This document shows, piece after piece, positions 1 through 10,781 of a DNA stretch of 64,000 bases (positions within the stretch are counted from its first letter, which is position 1; the number at the start of each line of letters is the position of its first letter). A model generated the notes under the pieces. It was not told the origin of the DNA. It made no database searches and saw only the letters and a program-made list of their open reading frames with translations. The position numbers and the translations under genes are program-made. This DNA is from Dehalococcoidia bacterium. GTDB taxonomy: Bacteria; Chloroflexota; Dehalococcoidia; SZUA-161. The stretch spans positions 7,693 through 71,692 of the forward strand of contig JACWAE010000075.1 of assembly GCA_014874385.1 (NCBI GenBank), in the 5' to 3' direction.

Positions 1-1159
1 CCTCAATAATCGCCCTGTAGATATGCGCCCTGGTGTGTTCTCCGGAGAACCCTATAATCGCACCTTTGGAGAGCGGGTCATTTTCAACCGGGTGCCAGAA
101 AGGCTGCAGGATCAGGCCCATTGAACCGGCGGGTATCGTTGCCATCTCCCTGTCCATTAGCTCCTCAGGCGATATGCCCAGCTTCTTAGCCTCTTCCTCC
201 TTATGCTTGGCGAACTCTCTCTTGAACCACGAGACCATCCAGTATCCCCTGCCGATAAAGCCTTCGAGTGCCCATTGCTTCGGAATGGCCGCGCCCCAGG
301 TGAAGAAATCCATCTTGGGATGAGTAACGTACTTGCTGGAGAGCATTTCTATAACGGCGGCCGTCCCGTAGCTGATTTCAGCGATATCGGGACCAACCAC
401 GCCAGCCCCCAGCAGCTCGGATTGTTTATCACCGGCGCCTATGATTATGGGGAGTCCTTGCGGCACACCGAAACGCTTTGCGCCGTCCTCCGAAACCCTT
501 CCCGCAATTTCCGTTGGAGACACAAGTTGTGGAAGCTTATCTCTCTCCACACCGAAGACCTCGTACACCACTTTCCAGGGATGCCATTGCAGCCCCTTCA
601 GGTCAATGGGGAAAAGCCCCACTATCATCGAGGAACAGTCCTTGAATTCGTTGGTCAGCGCGTGAAAGATATACGACGAGATTGTCAGGAATACATGGGT
701 CCGGTTGTAGCTTTCCGGCTCGTACTTTTTAAGCCAGTTGAACTTTGACCTTCTCTGATACTCCTTCAGCTTCGTCGTCATCCCCGAAACCCGGAAAGCC
801 AGCTTCAGCAGCGGGCTGCCGGGGAGCCTGAGCCCCTCCGTCTTGCGCTCATCGAGCCATGTGATCGCAGGTCGGATAGGTCTCCCCTCCTTATCAACAG
901 GCACAATCGTGCTTCTATGGCTGGTAATGGCCAAGGCGACGAGCTGCTCTCTGGGGATTCCGGATTTCTCCACAACGCTCTTCGTCACATCCTGGGCCAT
1001 CCTCAGATATGCCTCCGCATCCTGCTCGGCGAAATTGGGCTGAGGGGCAGAGTACGGGTTTACAGGTATTCCCTCGCCATATACCTCATTCCCCTTCTCA
1101 TCGAAGATGAATGCCTTGATATTCTGCGTTCCTCCGTCGATGACAACAAAGTACTTCAT
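1..1159 (-). CDS. FGGY-family carbohydrate kinase (runs off the window edge)
   Basis: Not in ORF track. Manual translation from ATG at 1159 gives MKYFVVIDGGTQNIKAFIFDEKGNEV..., the FGGY phosphate-1 motif, and later GAGDKQSELLG. ATGA overlap with the upstream gene. Confidence 0.9.
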   Translation of the reverse strand, partial: MKYFVVIDGGTQNIKAFIFDEKGNEVYGEGIPVNPYSAPQPNFAEQDAEAYLRMAQDVTKSVVEKSGIPREQLVALAITSHRSTIVPVDKEGRPIRPAITWLDERKTEGLRLPGSPLLKLAFRVSGMTTKLKEYQRRSKFNWLKKYEPESYNRTHVFLTISSYIFHALTNEFKDCSSMIVGLFPIDLKGLQWHPWKVVYEVFGVERDKLPQLVSPTEIAGRVSEDGAKRFGVPQGLPIIIGAGDKQSELLGAGVVGPDIAEISYGTAAVIEMLSSKYVTHPKMDFFTWGAAIPKQWALEGFIGRGYWMVSWFKREFAKHKEEEAKKLGISPEELMDREMATIPAGSMGLILQPFWHPVENDPLSKGAIIGFSGEHTRAHIYRAIIE

Positions 1160-2883
1160 TCTCTCACCCTCTTCACCTTACCGTTCAGGATAAAGGACTT
1201 TCCGCCGTTCTTCGTCACCAACTGCTTGCCGATGTTCGACTCCCTGCTGATTATCTCCAGTACCCTGGGCATACAGAAACCACCCTGGCATCTCCCCGAA
1301 CCTGCTCTCGTCCTCCGCTTGATCGCATCGATGCTCTGTGCGGCGATGTCCCCGTGCAGCGCTTTTACAATCTCACCTTCGCTCACGTGCTCACAGCGGC
1401 AAACAATATGTCCGTAGAGAGGGTTACTGCGGATGAGCTCCATTCTCTCCTTCTGATCCAGCTCGCTGAAATGCTTGCTCCTTTTTCTCCTTGACTCGAA
1501 CTTCACATTGTCAGCGGGGTGCCAGTTCTCGACTATGATTTCCTTCGCCCTCTCGGCAATGGCCGGTGCTGCTGCCAGTCCTGGAGACTGTATGCCTACA
1601 ACATGCACCAAACCTTTTACCTTTTTTGAAGGCTCTATAATGAAATCTTCCTTATATGTCGCTGCCCTGCATCCGGCGAACTGCGTTATGATAGCGCCCC
1701 TGTCGGGCTTCGTGTAGTGAGGCTTGACCCGCTCCAGCGACGGAGCAAACCGGCTGAACAGCGTCTCCCTCGCCACTGCGGTAGTGGCGACATCCTCCCT
1801 GTCGTATACCTCTTCGGCTGTGGGCCCGAACTGGAGGTTACCATCTACCGTAGGGATAATGCCTCCCCCTTTGGAATACGCGCTCCTTTCGCCGACCATA
1901 CTGAACGTAGCCAGGACGGTGTTTACCGGACGGTACGCCTTGTCGAAAATAATCGTCTCCCCTTTTCTGGGATGAAGTGAGAAGAACCTGTCTCCGGCCA
2001 ACTCGGCAATTTTGTCAGCGTACAGTCCTGCGGCATTGACCAGGATGCGCGTCTTGAGCGTGCCCCTGGTTGTGTCCACCGCCCTGATGCTTCCATCCTC
2101 GACCTGAACACCTATTACGCTGGTATTAAGGTAGAACTGCACACCGTTTGTCCAGGCGTTCTCCGCGTAGGCTATGACAAGCTCGAACACGCCGATAATC
2201 CCCGTGTTCCACACCAATACGCCTTTCCTGACGTTCGGGGCAAGCCCTGGCTCGATTCTGTCCAGCCCTTCCCTGTCCAGCACCTTCGGCTCCGGGTCGT
2301 TCTGACTTCTGGCGAGGTCTACTACACCGGGCAGGAACAGCTCTTCATCGGAGTTCTCAGCCACAACAAGCGTCCCTATTCGTTTGAAATCTACGTCGAG
2401 CTGGCCCGCGACCTCATCCCACATCGCATTTCCCTTGTAGTTCATCTCCCACTTCAGCGTGCCGCGTTCGGTGAGCAGAGCAGGATGTATCATAGCGTTG
2501 CAGTGCGCCGTCTGGTCCATTCCCAGGTCATGGTGCCTCTCAATGAGTGCTATCCTCAAGTCAAACCGTGACAGCTCCCTGGCGACTGCCAGGCCTATTA
2601 CGCCGCCGCCGACAATAACAACGTCGAACTCCTTTCCGGTCAGCTCATCAGATATTTTGGGCGGCAGGACAACGGGTACTTTCCCCGGGTAATCGATATC
2701 GTTTACCACTTGCCGCACCTGTTCCAGGCCAGCGGCTGTATGCCCGGCATCCACAGCTTTTTGAAGGGAGCCAAACCGCCCCATCAGTTCGGCAATGCCG
2801 TCTCTAACCGATACTGTTACGTCCTCGCCGGTCGCCTGTGCTATCTCACCCTGTATTGCTAGCGCCAGCTTTTCTTCATCCAT
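1156..2883 (-). CDS. FAD-dependent oxidoreductase, GlpA/L-2-hydroxyglutarate oxidase-like, with N-terminal BON-like segment and C-terminal BFD-like [2Fe-2S] domain
   Basis: VVIVGGGVIG FAD motif; C-terminal VCRCE...GRCQGGFC; N-terminal ~65 aa ending VVNDI resembles BON. Confidence 0.85.
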   Translation of the reverse strand: MDEEKLALAIQGEIAQATGEDVTVSVRDGIAELMGRFGSLQKAVDAGHTAAGLEQVRQVVNDIDYPGKVPVVLPPKISDELTGKEFDVVIVGGGVIGLAVARELSRFDLRIALIERHHDLGMDQTAHCNAMIHPALLTERGTLKWEMNYKGNAMWDEVAGQLDVDFKRIGTLVVAENSDEELFLPGVVDLARSQNDPEPKVLDREGLDRIEPGLAPNVRKGVLVWNTGIIGVFELVIAYAENAWTNGVQFYLNTSVIGVQVEDGSIRAVDTTRGTLKTRILVNAAGLYADKIAELAGDRFFSLHPRKGETIIFDKAYRPVNTVLATFSMVGERSAYSKGGGIIPTVDGNLQFGPTAEEVYDREDVATTAVARETLFSRFAPSLERVKPHYTKPDRGAIITQFAGCRAATYKEDFIIEPSKKVKGLVHVVGIQSPGLAAAPAIAERAKEIIVENWHPADNVKFESRRKRSKHFSELDQKERMELIRSNPLYGHIVCRCEHVSEGEIVKALHGDIAAQSIDAIKRRTRAGSGRCQGGFCMPRVLEIISRESNIGKQLVTKNGGKSFILNGKVKRVRE

Positions 2884-3949
2884 GTCTCATGTGCTCAGAA
2901 ATAAGTTCAGCTACGTCTTTGACATCCAGCTCGGATAAAACAGCCTTGCAGCTCGGGCATGACGAAACGTAGACGTCTGCATGCGTCTGCTTGAGCTCAT
3001 TGAGGCGCATCGCCTTCACCTGGTCGGCCAGCTTGCTGAATCCGAGCCTCGACCCGGGCGGCGCGCCGCAGCAATGCGTGTGCTCTTTCGTATACACCGG
3101 CTCTTTTATCTCATACCCCAGTGCTGCAATGATTTGCCTTGGTGCTGCCGTAATATCCATATCGTTTGCGAGGATGCAGGGGTCGTGATAGGTTGCCGTG
3201 CCCCTGGCCTTCTTCACCTTCACCTTCTTTTCCTTAAGCAGAGAAGCCAGAAACTCGGTGGTGTGGACTAACTGCGCGTTCAATTTAACCCCCATCTCGG
3301 GGTAGACCTCTCTCATCATTTTCAGGCAATTGGGACACATAGTGATGACCTTCCCCAGTCTCCTGCGTTCGACCTCCCTTTTCATTTTTTGGGCCACTTT
3401 CTTGAATCCTTTAGTATCTCCGGCATAATAGAGAGGCGCGCCGCAGCAGATATCAGCGCCGCCGAATTGCTGCACCTTCTCTCCGCTCGCTGAGATTATC
3501 CTGTCCATAGCCTTGACCAACGCTTTGTCCTTGTATGCGGAACACGAAATGAAATAACCCACAGTCCCCATTCCCTTTTGAATAAGTTTGCGCTCGCCAT
3601 TCGGGTTACCATAAGCCATGAAAGTTTCCACGCGTTTCTTCGTCTCATCGGGCAACATGCCCTCTTTGAAAGCCTTGCTCCGCCCCATCTGGATAAATTT
3701 CCTCAGGTCATAGTCGCTGTAAATGCAGTGACGTTTGCAGGCCCCGCACATGCAGCTCTGGAACATAACATCGCAGAAGCCCTTCCTGTCTTCCAGAAGT
3801 CCTTTGTCCTCATACACAATGAGACGTGCTATCTTCTGAGGGCTGATGGTCTCGCTACCCGCGGCCAGATAGGTGGGGCAGCTATATTTACACATATCTG
3901 CGCACAGCGCGCAGTTGGTTACCTTTTGCAGCTCTTTCTTATCTTTCAT
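2876..3949 (-). CDS. Fe-S oxidoreductase, GlpC/HdrD-like (4Fe-4S plus two CCG domains)
   Basis: CxxCxxxCxxxCP and CxCxxCxxxC motifs; ICCG, MCPNC, YHDPC, HCCG, SCPSC. Confidence 0.85.
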   Translation of the reverse strand: MKDKKELQKVTNCALCADMCKYSCPTYLAAGSETISPQKIARLIVYEDKGLLEDRKGFCDVMFQSCMCGACKRHCIYSDYDLRKFIQMGRSKAFKEGMLPDETKKRVETFMAYGNPNGERKLIQKGMGTVGYFISCSAYKDKALVKAMDRIISASGEKVQQFGGADICCGAPLYYAGDTKGFKKVAQKMKREVERRRLGKVITMCPNCLKMMREVYPEMGVKLNAQLVHTTEFLASLLKEKKVKVKKARGTATYHDPCILANDMDITAAPRQIIAALGYEIKEPVYTKEHTHCCGAPPGSRLGFSKLADQVKAMRLNELKQTHADVYVSSCPSCKAVLSELDVKDVAELISEHMRHG

Positions 3950-5363
3950 CTTCGATAAGCTTTCCTCGGTTCAGAATGCCGTTTGGATCGAAGGAGGACT
4001 TGATTTTCCGCAGCAAATCCACCCCTTCTTTGCCCAGCTCCTGCTCCATGAACCTCATTCGCCACATTCCAATCCCGTGATGATGGCTGATAGAGCCATT
4101 GTTTCTCAGAGTCGCTTCCATAGCCGCTTCCCATGTGTCCTCATAATAGCGATATGGGTCTTTAGGAAAGCCGACGAAGGTGATGTACAAGCAGGCACCT
4201 TCCCGGTAAAAATGTGAGAAGTGCCCGGAAACAAGCAGCGAACCCTCCACAGCCCTCATTGAGGTTAACATGTCCTTGTAGAGGTTTGCGGCATCTTTGA
4301 ACAGCGACACGACCTCGATTGTATCTACGATTCCACCCTGCTGCATTATGGTGGGACCCAGGCCGATGTCGAAACGCTTCTCAAGCCATATTTCAACAGG
4401 GTTTTCTCCCTGTGACGTCCCTCCATGCTTCACCGCAATGCTTGAGATTAATCTTTTTTCAGGGCGGACAAAATCCGGCTCGCCTTCCGAGATAAAGATG
4501 ACCGTAACCTTTTTTGCTCCGAAATACCTCTCGGCTTCGAGCTCATCGAAAATCCTCACCACCGCTGGCCTCGCATCGGCTCTCAGTATCTTCCGCACTG
4601 CCTCCAGGGCCATTTCAATAGAGGGGAATACGAAGGATTGTTTGGAGGTTAACGCTGGTAAAGGGTGAACCGATACGGCTGCCCTTGTCACAATCCCGAG
4701 GGTCCCCTCCCCGCCCAGGAACAGGTCTTTCAACGAAGGCCCCGTAGACCGTCTGGGCACTGGCCTTATATTGAGCAAACTTCCGTCGGGGAGCACGACC
4801 TCCATACCGAGTACCATGTCCTCGATCTTCCCGTATTTTGTCGAGAACTGGCCCACAGCACGTGTTGAAATCCATCCTCCCAGGGTGGAACAATATAGCG
4901 ACTGGGGGATATTTCCCATAGAGTAGCCTCGGTGATTCAGTTCGAGCTCCAGATTTGCGCCGATTATGCCTGATTCGAACTCAGCAACAAGTGACATTTC
5001 GTCCAGAGAAATGAACCTGTTCATTCGCTGCAGGTTCAGGATGGCGCTCCCGTTTGTCGGTATGGCCCCGCCCAGCACGCCCGAGCCACCGCCGAACGGC
5101 GTAATCTGCACCTTGTACTTGTTAGCGCACTTGAGGATACCCTGTATCTCCTGGGGATTGCCCGGAGAAATTACTACAGAGGGGAGCGAGGGCAGACTGC
5201 CATACTGCGAGAGGAACACGCCGTACATCCAGTAGTCGAGGCTGTATGCGATGAGGTCACATTCTTTAGTCGAGACGTTTTCTGCCCCTATGATACGTCT
5301 CGTTTCATTTATAAAAGCGGAGGGTACGCTCGCCCTCTTAGATAGCCAGATTTTTACATTCAT
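3939..5363 (-). CDS. FAD-binding oxidoreductase, alkyl-dihydroxyacetonephosphate synthase-like (VAO/PCMH family)
   Basis: PFGGGSGVLGG, STLGGWISTR, GGEGTLG, GHFSHFY, SHHHGIG, DPNGILN. Start placed at ATG 5363 after a GGGAAGGG SD. Confidence 0.85.
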   Translation of the reverse strand: MNVKIWLSKRASVPSAFINETRRIIGAENVSTKECDLIAYSLDYWMYGVFLSQYGSLPSLPSVVISPGNPQEIQGILKCANKYKVQITPFGGGSGVLGGAIPTNGSAILNLQRMNRFISLDEMSLVAEFESGIIGANLELELNHRGYSMGNIPQSLYCSTLGGWISTRAVGQFSTKYGKIEDMVLGMEVVLPDGSLLNIRPVPRRSTGPSLKDLFLGGEGTLGIVTRAAVSVHPLPALTSKQSFVFPSIEMALEAVRKILRADARPAVVRIFDELEAERYFGAKKVTVIFISEGEPDFVRPEKRLISSIAVKHGGTSQGENPVEIWLEKRFDIGLGPTIMQQGGIVDTIEVVSLFKDAANLYKDMLTSMRAVEGSLLVSGHFSHFYREGACLYITFVGFPKDPYRYYEDTWEAAMEATLRNNGSISHHHGIGMWRMRFMEQELGKEGVDLLRKIKSSFDPNGILNRGKLIEDER

Positions 5364-5678
5364 AGTCGCCCTTCCCAACATAAGGCCAAGCCCAGGAGTG
5401 GCTTGTTTCGGCGATCACATACTGTCCCTAGTGCCCAGTGCGAATCTGTCATCCGTGTCGGCTCTAGGTTAGCATCTTTCAAGAGGGTTGACAACCTTGT
5501 GCGCTCAGGCACACTGTGATTAGAGATAGGAGGGAGCTTATGCAACTGGCCGGTGTCACTTTCAAGTCGGTGGTCAGAATGTGACAACTTTTTAATCTTT
5601 TGACATCTCAATTTTATGACTATTTGATGGAATCCAGCTAACATGGATACTACCGTAGTCTGGGCTGGAGGTGACAAT

Positions 5679-7427
5679 ATGACCATAGATACTGTATTGG
5701 GTTCGCCGCGATTCCCTGCGGTTTCGACTGGTGTTCTATCATCTACCAGAGATGCAATGGATGCTGCGGTGCAGACTCTCCAGTCCCGAAAGGACGCATG
5801 GGTGGGCACCCCCGTAAGCGAGCGACTCAAACTACTGGACAGGATGATGAAAGACTCTGCCGCTATTGCCTGCCGATGGGTTGACATGTCCCGTCAGGCC
5901 AAGGGTATGCCCGAAAATGCTGCCACGGCTGATGAGTGGAGCGTGGGCCCCTATGCCGTACTCAGGAACCTGCACGGACTGCGCCGTTCTCTGGATGATA
6001 TCAACCGTCACGGACACCCCATAATTCCGGGCCCCATCGTAACCAGGCCGGACGGCCAGGTTATCGCGGGTGTGTTTCCACAAACAGTATACGATGGCAT
6101 CTTCCTTAACGGTGTCACGGCGGAAGTCTGGATGCAGCCCGGTGTCACGGCAACCGAGCTTCCCACGACTCAGGCCCTCGCTTATCAGGACAAGCACCAT
6201 AAAGGTAAAGTTGCACTGGTGCTCGGTGCAGGGAACTACCTGGCCATTCCGGCCATGGACATATTGTACAAGCTGTTTGTGGAAGACCACGTGGTGCTGC
6301 TCAAGCCAAACCCGGTGAACGCACAACTTGGTTCTTTAGTGGAAGAGTGCTTCCGGGCCCTGGTAGAGCAGGGATTTCTGCGCATTGTGTACGGGGGAGC
6401 GGCGGAGGGAGCCTATCTCTGCAACCACGCAGGGGTGGATGAGATTCATATCACCGGTTCGGACAAGAGCTTCGATGCCATCGTCTTCGGGACAGGCCCG
6501 GAGGGCGCCAGGCGCAAGATAGAACGCAATCCATTGCTGAACAAGCGCATCACAGCAGAGCTGGGAAATGTCACCCCGGCGATCGTGGTGCCCGGTCCCT
6601 GGAGTGCCAGCGACCTAGCCTTCCAGGCTGAACACATAGTCTCCATGCTCACCGAAAATGCTGGCTTCAACTGCGTGACCACTCGGATGATCTTGCAGCA
6701 TGCATCCTGGACGCAACGGGACCAACTTTTGCAGGAGATGCGGCGGCGGCTGTCCAGAGTGCCCTTGCGCACTGCCTATTATCCGGGCGCCCATGAACGG
6801 CACAGGGCATTTATCTCGGCACATCCCCAGGCTGAGCTATATGGTAAGCCCACCGATGAGCAGCTTCCCTGGACGCTTATCCCGGGTGTTGACCCCGAAA
6901 ACAAGGACGATGTCTGCTTCACCACGGAGGCTTTCTGCAGTCTCTTTGCCGAGACGCCTATTGAGGCAAAGACTGTCCCTGAATACATCGAGCGCGCTGT
7001 CGAATTCGCTAATGAGCACCTCTGGGGTACACTGGCTGCTACACTTATAGTCCATCCGTCATCACTTAAAGACCACGCGGTGGCCGCTGCAGTTGAACGC
7101 GCGATTTCCAGCTTGCGCTATGGCACAGTAGGCGTAAACTACTGGGCGGCTGCCTCATACTCCATGGCCGTAGCTCCCTGGGGTGCTTTCCCGGGGCACA
7201 CTATCGACAACATCCAATCCGGCATTGACGTTGTCCACAACACGTTCATGTTCTCTCGTCCGCAGAAAACGGTGCTGCGAGCGCCTTTCCGCACCAAACC
7301 TGCGCCAATCTGGTTCGAGACCCGCGCTAAAGCGGGATGGAAGGTTTTCCCGAAACTGGTACAGTTTGAGGCATCTCCATCTGTATGGAAAGTTCCAGCC
7401 ATTGTCTGGGCCGCCTTGAGGGGCTAA
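5679..7427 (+). CDS. Aldehyde dehydrogenase family protein
   Basis: GAGN, ITGS, AELG, NAGFNC (catalytic Cys), TEAF; GGAGGT SD before ATG 5679. Confidence 0.85.
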   Translation: MTIDTVLGSPRFPAVSTGVLSSTRDAMDAAVQTLQSRKDAWVGTPVSERLKLLDRMMKDSAAIACRWVDMSRQAKGMPENAATADEWSVGPYAVLRNLHGLRRSLDDINRHGHPIIPGPIVTRPDGQVIAGVFPQTVYDGIFLNGVTAEVWMQPGVTATELPTTQALAYQDKHHKGKVALVLGAGNYLAIPAMDILYKLFVEDHVVLLKPNPVNAQLGSLVEECFRALVEQGFLRIVYGGAAEGAYLCNHAGVDEIHITGSDKSFDAIVFGTGPEGARRKIERNPLLNKRITAELGNVTPAIVVPGPWSASDLAFQAEHIVSMLTENAGFNCVTTRMILQHASWTQRDQLLQEMRRRLSRVPLRTAYYPGAHERHRAFISAHPQAELYGKPTDEQLPWTLIPGVDPENKDDVCFTTEAFCSLFAETPIEAKTVPEYIERAVEFANEHLWGTLAATLIVHPSSLKDHAVAAAVERAISSLRYGTVGVNYWAAASYSMAVAPWGAFPGHTIDNIQSGIDVVHNTFMFSRPQKTVLRAPFRTKPAPIWFETRAKAGWKVFPKLVQFEASPSVWKVPAIVWAALRG

Positions 7428-7540
7428 ACCGAGACTTTTAAATCAAGTCCTGGCCAGACACTCGCTGCAAAGAGTGAATCGCTGAGAAATTCACTATTTG
7501 CGCTGCGTGAAAGAAGCGAAGGTCAAAAAGGAGGTTGATA

Positions 7541-9094
7541 GTGAACGGCGCTGAATTACTTGTCAAAACTGCTGCAAAAGCCGGTGTTGAGATATGCTTT
7601 GCCAACCCCGGGACCACTGAGATGCCCATAGTCGTAGCGCTTGATTCAGAGCCAGGTATTAAACCCGTTCTGGGTCTATTCGAAGGCGTATGTACCGGCG
7701 CCGCCGATGGTTACGGGAGAATGCTGGATAAACCGGCGATGACCCTGCTTCATCTAGGGCCAGGATTCGCGGACGGAATCGTCAACCTGCATAATGCGCG
7801 CAGGGCAAGGACACCGGTTGTGAACATAGTCGGGGAACACGCTACATGGCACCGGGAGGCTGACCCTCCGCTAGCAATGGATATTGAAAAACTCGCCAGT
7901 ACCGTATCGGGCTGGCAGAGAACAAACGAATCACCGACAGCACTGTCACAGGACCTGGCGGACGCAGTTGCCGCCTCCATGTACGGTCAGATATCAAGCC
8001 TGATAGTACCCAACGACTATCAGTGGGAAGAATCTGCCGGTGACTCTATAGCAACTCCTCGCTTCTCGTTTGCTCCCGTTGGCCCCGATAGCATAGAACA
8101 AGCCTTCCAGCTTATGCGAGCTCATCGGAAGACGGCTCTTATGATAGGAGGCAGGGCTTTGCGCAGGCGGGGTCTGCTTGCTGCTGCCCGGATTAAAGCG
8201 GTTATGGGATGTGACATTTTCACCGATGGCTTCCCTCCGTATATAGAGAGAGGCGCTGGTTTGCCCGATGTAGTGCGTGTCCCCTACTTCCCCGAGCCAG
8301 CGATTTACCTCTTATCCCAATACGAAGTCGCCGTGTTAGCCGGCGTAAAGGAACCCGTGGCCTTTTTCGGTTACAAGGGAATCGCTAGCCAACTGCTGCC
8401 CCAGGAATGCCGGAAGTTTCGCCTAGATACCGACAGCCAAAACGTTATCGAAGCTCTGGAGACCCTGGCGGACGTTTTAAATGCGCCCCCATATTCAAAG
8501 ATTTTGGCCAGTATTCCTTCAGAGCAGGCTCGCCCCGCTGTTCCCGCAGGAGAGCTAACGGCAGAAAAGGCTTGCCTCACTCTGGCAGCAATTCAGCCGG
8601 AGAACGTCATCATTGTAGATGAGGGACTTACCACATCAGTCGGCTATTATCCGCTCACCGCAGGTCTGGCGCCTCACAGCTATCTTACCCTCACAGGGGG
8701 AGCCCTCGGCTACGGTATGCCCTGTGCTGTGGGAGCAGCCCTGGCATGTCCCGACAGGCCGGTGATTGACTTCGAGGCAGACGGAAGCGCTATGTACACA
8801 GTGCAGGCATTATGGACACAAGCCCGCGAATCGCTAAACGTAACCACGCTGATTTGCGCAAACCGAAGCTATAACATTTTAAAAATAGAACTCGCCCACG
8901 TGGGCATTGAGTCAATAGGCCCCAGAGCCTTATCTCTCATCGAGCTTGATCATCCTAACATTAATTGGGTGAGAGTTGCTGAGGGAATGGGCGTTCCGGC
9001 AGTATCCGTGAATACCGCTGAAGGTCTAGCGCACGAGCTCGCTAAAGCGCTTGCGGAGCCAGGGCCCCATCTCATAGAAATGATATTAACCTAG
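7541..9094 (+). CDS. ThDP-dependent enzyme, acetolactate synthase large subunit-like
   Basis: FANPGTTE, LFEGVCTGAADGY, ADGSAMY...N ThDP motif; GGAGG SD before GTG 7541. Confidence 0.85.
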   Translation: MNGAELLVKTAAKAGVEICFANPGTTEMPIVVALDSEPGIKPVLGLFEGVCTGAADGYGRMLDKPAMTLLHLGPGFADGIVNLHNARRARTPVVNIVGEHATWHREADPPLAMDIEKLASTVSGWQRTNESPTALSQDLADAVAASMYGQISSLIVPNDYQWEESAGDSIATPRFSFAPVGPDSIEQAFQLMRAHRKTALMIGGRALRRRGLLAAARIKAVMGCDIFTDGFPPYIERGAGLPDVVRVPYFPEPAIYLLSQYEVAVLAGVKEPVAFFGYKGIASQLLPQECRKFRLDTDSQNVIEALETLADVLNAPPYSKILASIPSEQARPAVPAGELTAEKACLTLAAIQPENVIIVDEGLTTSVGYYPLTAGLAPHSYLTLTGGALGYGMPCAVGAALACPDRPVIDFEADGSAMYTVQALWTQARESLNVTTLICANRSYNILKIELAHVGIESIGPRALSLIELDHPNINWVRVAEGMGVPAVSVNTAEGLAHELAKALAEPGPHLIEMILT

Positions 9095-9135
9095 TTGTGC
9101 CGGAAGGTGCCGGTGGATCAATCTCATACCAGTCC

Positions 9136-9690
9136 CTAGCTTTGTGATTTTTTAAAGCTTTTTTTCAGCGATTCTTCCTGTTCACGCAGCATTTGTTTGA
9201 GGTCGTCAATCGTGTAGGTCCTGGTACCCACCCCATCCTCTTTCATATGCACTGCCACCAGACCGGAATTGATTATCATCTTGGTGCAAATCATGCACGG
9301 GCCATATATCTTGCGCGTTTCCCCGCTCTTCTCATTGTATTGCCCTTTGACCCTCTCGCTGTGGAGGTACATCTCACCGCCTGCTATGTTCATCCCTGTC
9401 CTCGCCGCATTGATGATGGCGTTTTGCTCCGCATGCACGCTCCGGCACAGCTCATACCTCTCCCCCGGGGGTATACCCAGCTCTTTCCGGAGGCACTTCC
9501 CTGTGTCAATACAGTGCTCCGTACCCCTCGGAGACCCCACATAGCCGGAGGCAACCTCCACGCCATCCTTGACTATAATGGCTCCAATCCTCCTCCTCAG
9601 GCAGGTGCTCATCTCTGCTGCCACCCTTGCCCTGTTCAGGAAATGCTCGAACTTGCCAGGCCTTTTGCGCGTTGGGTCGGAGGAACTCAT
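9136..9690 (-). CDS. dCMP deaminase (ComEB-like zinc deaminase)
   Basis: STCLRR, VHAEQNA, PCMIC zinc motifs; AGGAGG SD. Confidence 0.9.
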   Translation of the reverse strand: MSSSDPTRKRPGKFEHFLNRARVAAEMSTCLRRRIGAIIVKDGVEVASGYVGSPRGTEHCIDTGKCLRKELGIPPGERYELCRSVHAEQNAIINAARTGMNIAGGEMYLHSERVKGQYNEKSGETRKIYGPCMICTKMIINSGLVAVHMKEDGVGTRTYTIDDLKQMLREQEESLKKSFKKSQS

Positions 9691-10264
9691 AAGCCTCCTT
9701 CTAATTTCGGTAGCTTGAATTATACTTCAACAGCAGCACATTCTACAAGGACTCGATTGTAAAAGGGGCGGGTTTGAAATCTGTCCGTGGTTGTCCTAAA
9801 GCGTGTCGCCAGATACAAACTAGTGCTTTTGTTTCAAGTGAGAAAACCCTCCTTTGAAGTTAAGATATTTTGGGGTGCTGTCCTGTAACGTCGCGTTCAT
9901 TAGCTATCCGTTAGCTGTTTTCCCTCACAGTCTTTAAGCCAAGGCGACGAGGTTCAGCAGTTTCCTTAGCTTGCACTGCGCCTTTTCGTCTAAGTCTATA
10001 CGGCGGTGAAACCATAATACCACCCCGCTACCCGACCAGGGAGGCAAAAACTGCTTACGAGCTTTCTCGCGGAGAGATATTGCTCAATGATTAGTATAGC
10101 TCCGTCACACGGATCGCACATTAGGATGGGTTGTGACCTAGGGGTAACGCTACAATCTAATGCGCAACGTTGAACATTCTGGACAAACGTTGTTGTCGAA
10201 GTTGAACAATTTGCAAAATTTGGTTTGGGGAGCTATTTGGTAGCAATCTTGAGTTTAACGATGA

Positions 10265-10726
10265 TTATCGCTTACCAAGACGGCTGGCATAAGTTCTTAT
10301 AGCTTCTTCTTGTTCTTTCGTTTCAATAGAACCTGGCCTCTTGGCTCTCACTTCGCTAATAGCTTCTTCCGAACTTAGGCATGAACTAACCAAGTAGCAT
10401 GCTAAGATGGTTCCAGTTCTTCCCAAACCTGCTCCACAGGAGATGCCGACAGGTTTTCCCTCGGCGAGCGATTTCGTAATGAAGATAATCATTCTATCGA
10501 TCTGAGCTTTATCTGGAGCAGTGAAATCAGATACAGGCTCGTGGCAATCGGTAATGCCTAGGCGTTCTATTTGAATATGGTTTACCTTAGCCTTATTCTT
10601 TTCAGCCATCCGCACTAACGCAAGAATGCCTTGACTTTTAAGCCACGTTATATCTTGTTCAGAAGCCGGAGCCTGATGCCCCGCCAATTTACCCTCAATT
10701 ACCCAGCTAAAGTTCAATTTATTCAC
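10265..10726 (-). CDS. Dual-specificity/Cys-based protein phosphatase
   Basis: NFSWV, DFTAP, SCGAGLGRTG (CX5R), RPGSIET..Q. Confidence 0.88.
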   Translation of the reverse strand: MNKLNFSWVIEGKLAGHQAPASEQDITWLKSQGILALVRMAEKNKAKVNHIQIERLGITDCHEPVSDFTAPDKAQIDRMIIFITKSLAEGKPVGISCGAGLGRTGTILACYLVSSCLSSEEAISEVRAKRPGSIETKEQEEAIRTYASRLGKR

Positions 10727-10781
10727 GTGTATTATTCTCTTTCAAATTATCTTAGGACCAAACCGCATTAACTTTATTAAC

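Noticed and set aside
9920-10100. Possible transposase or gene remnant on the minus strand
   Set aside because: Short open stretches without a start or recognisable motif; cannot be supported without a search.
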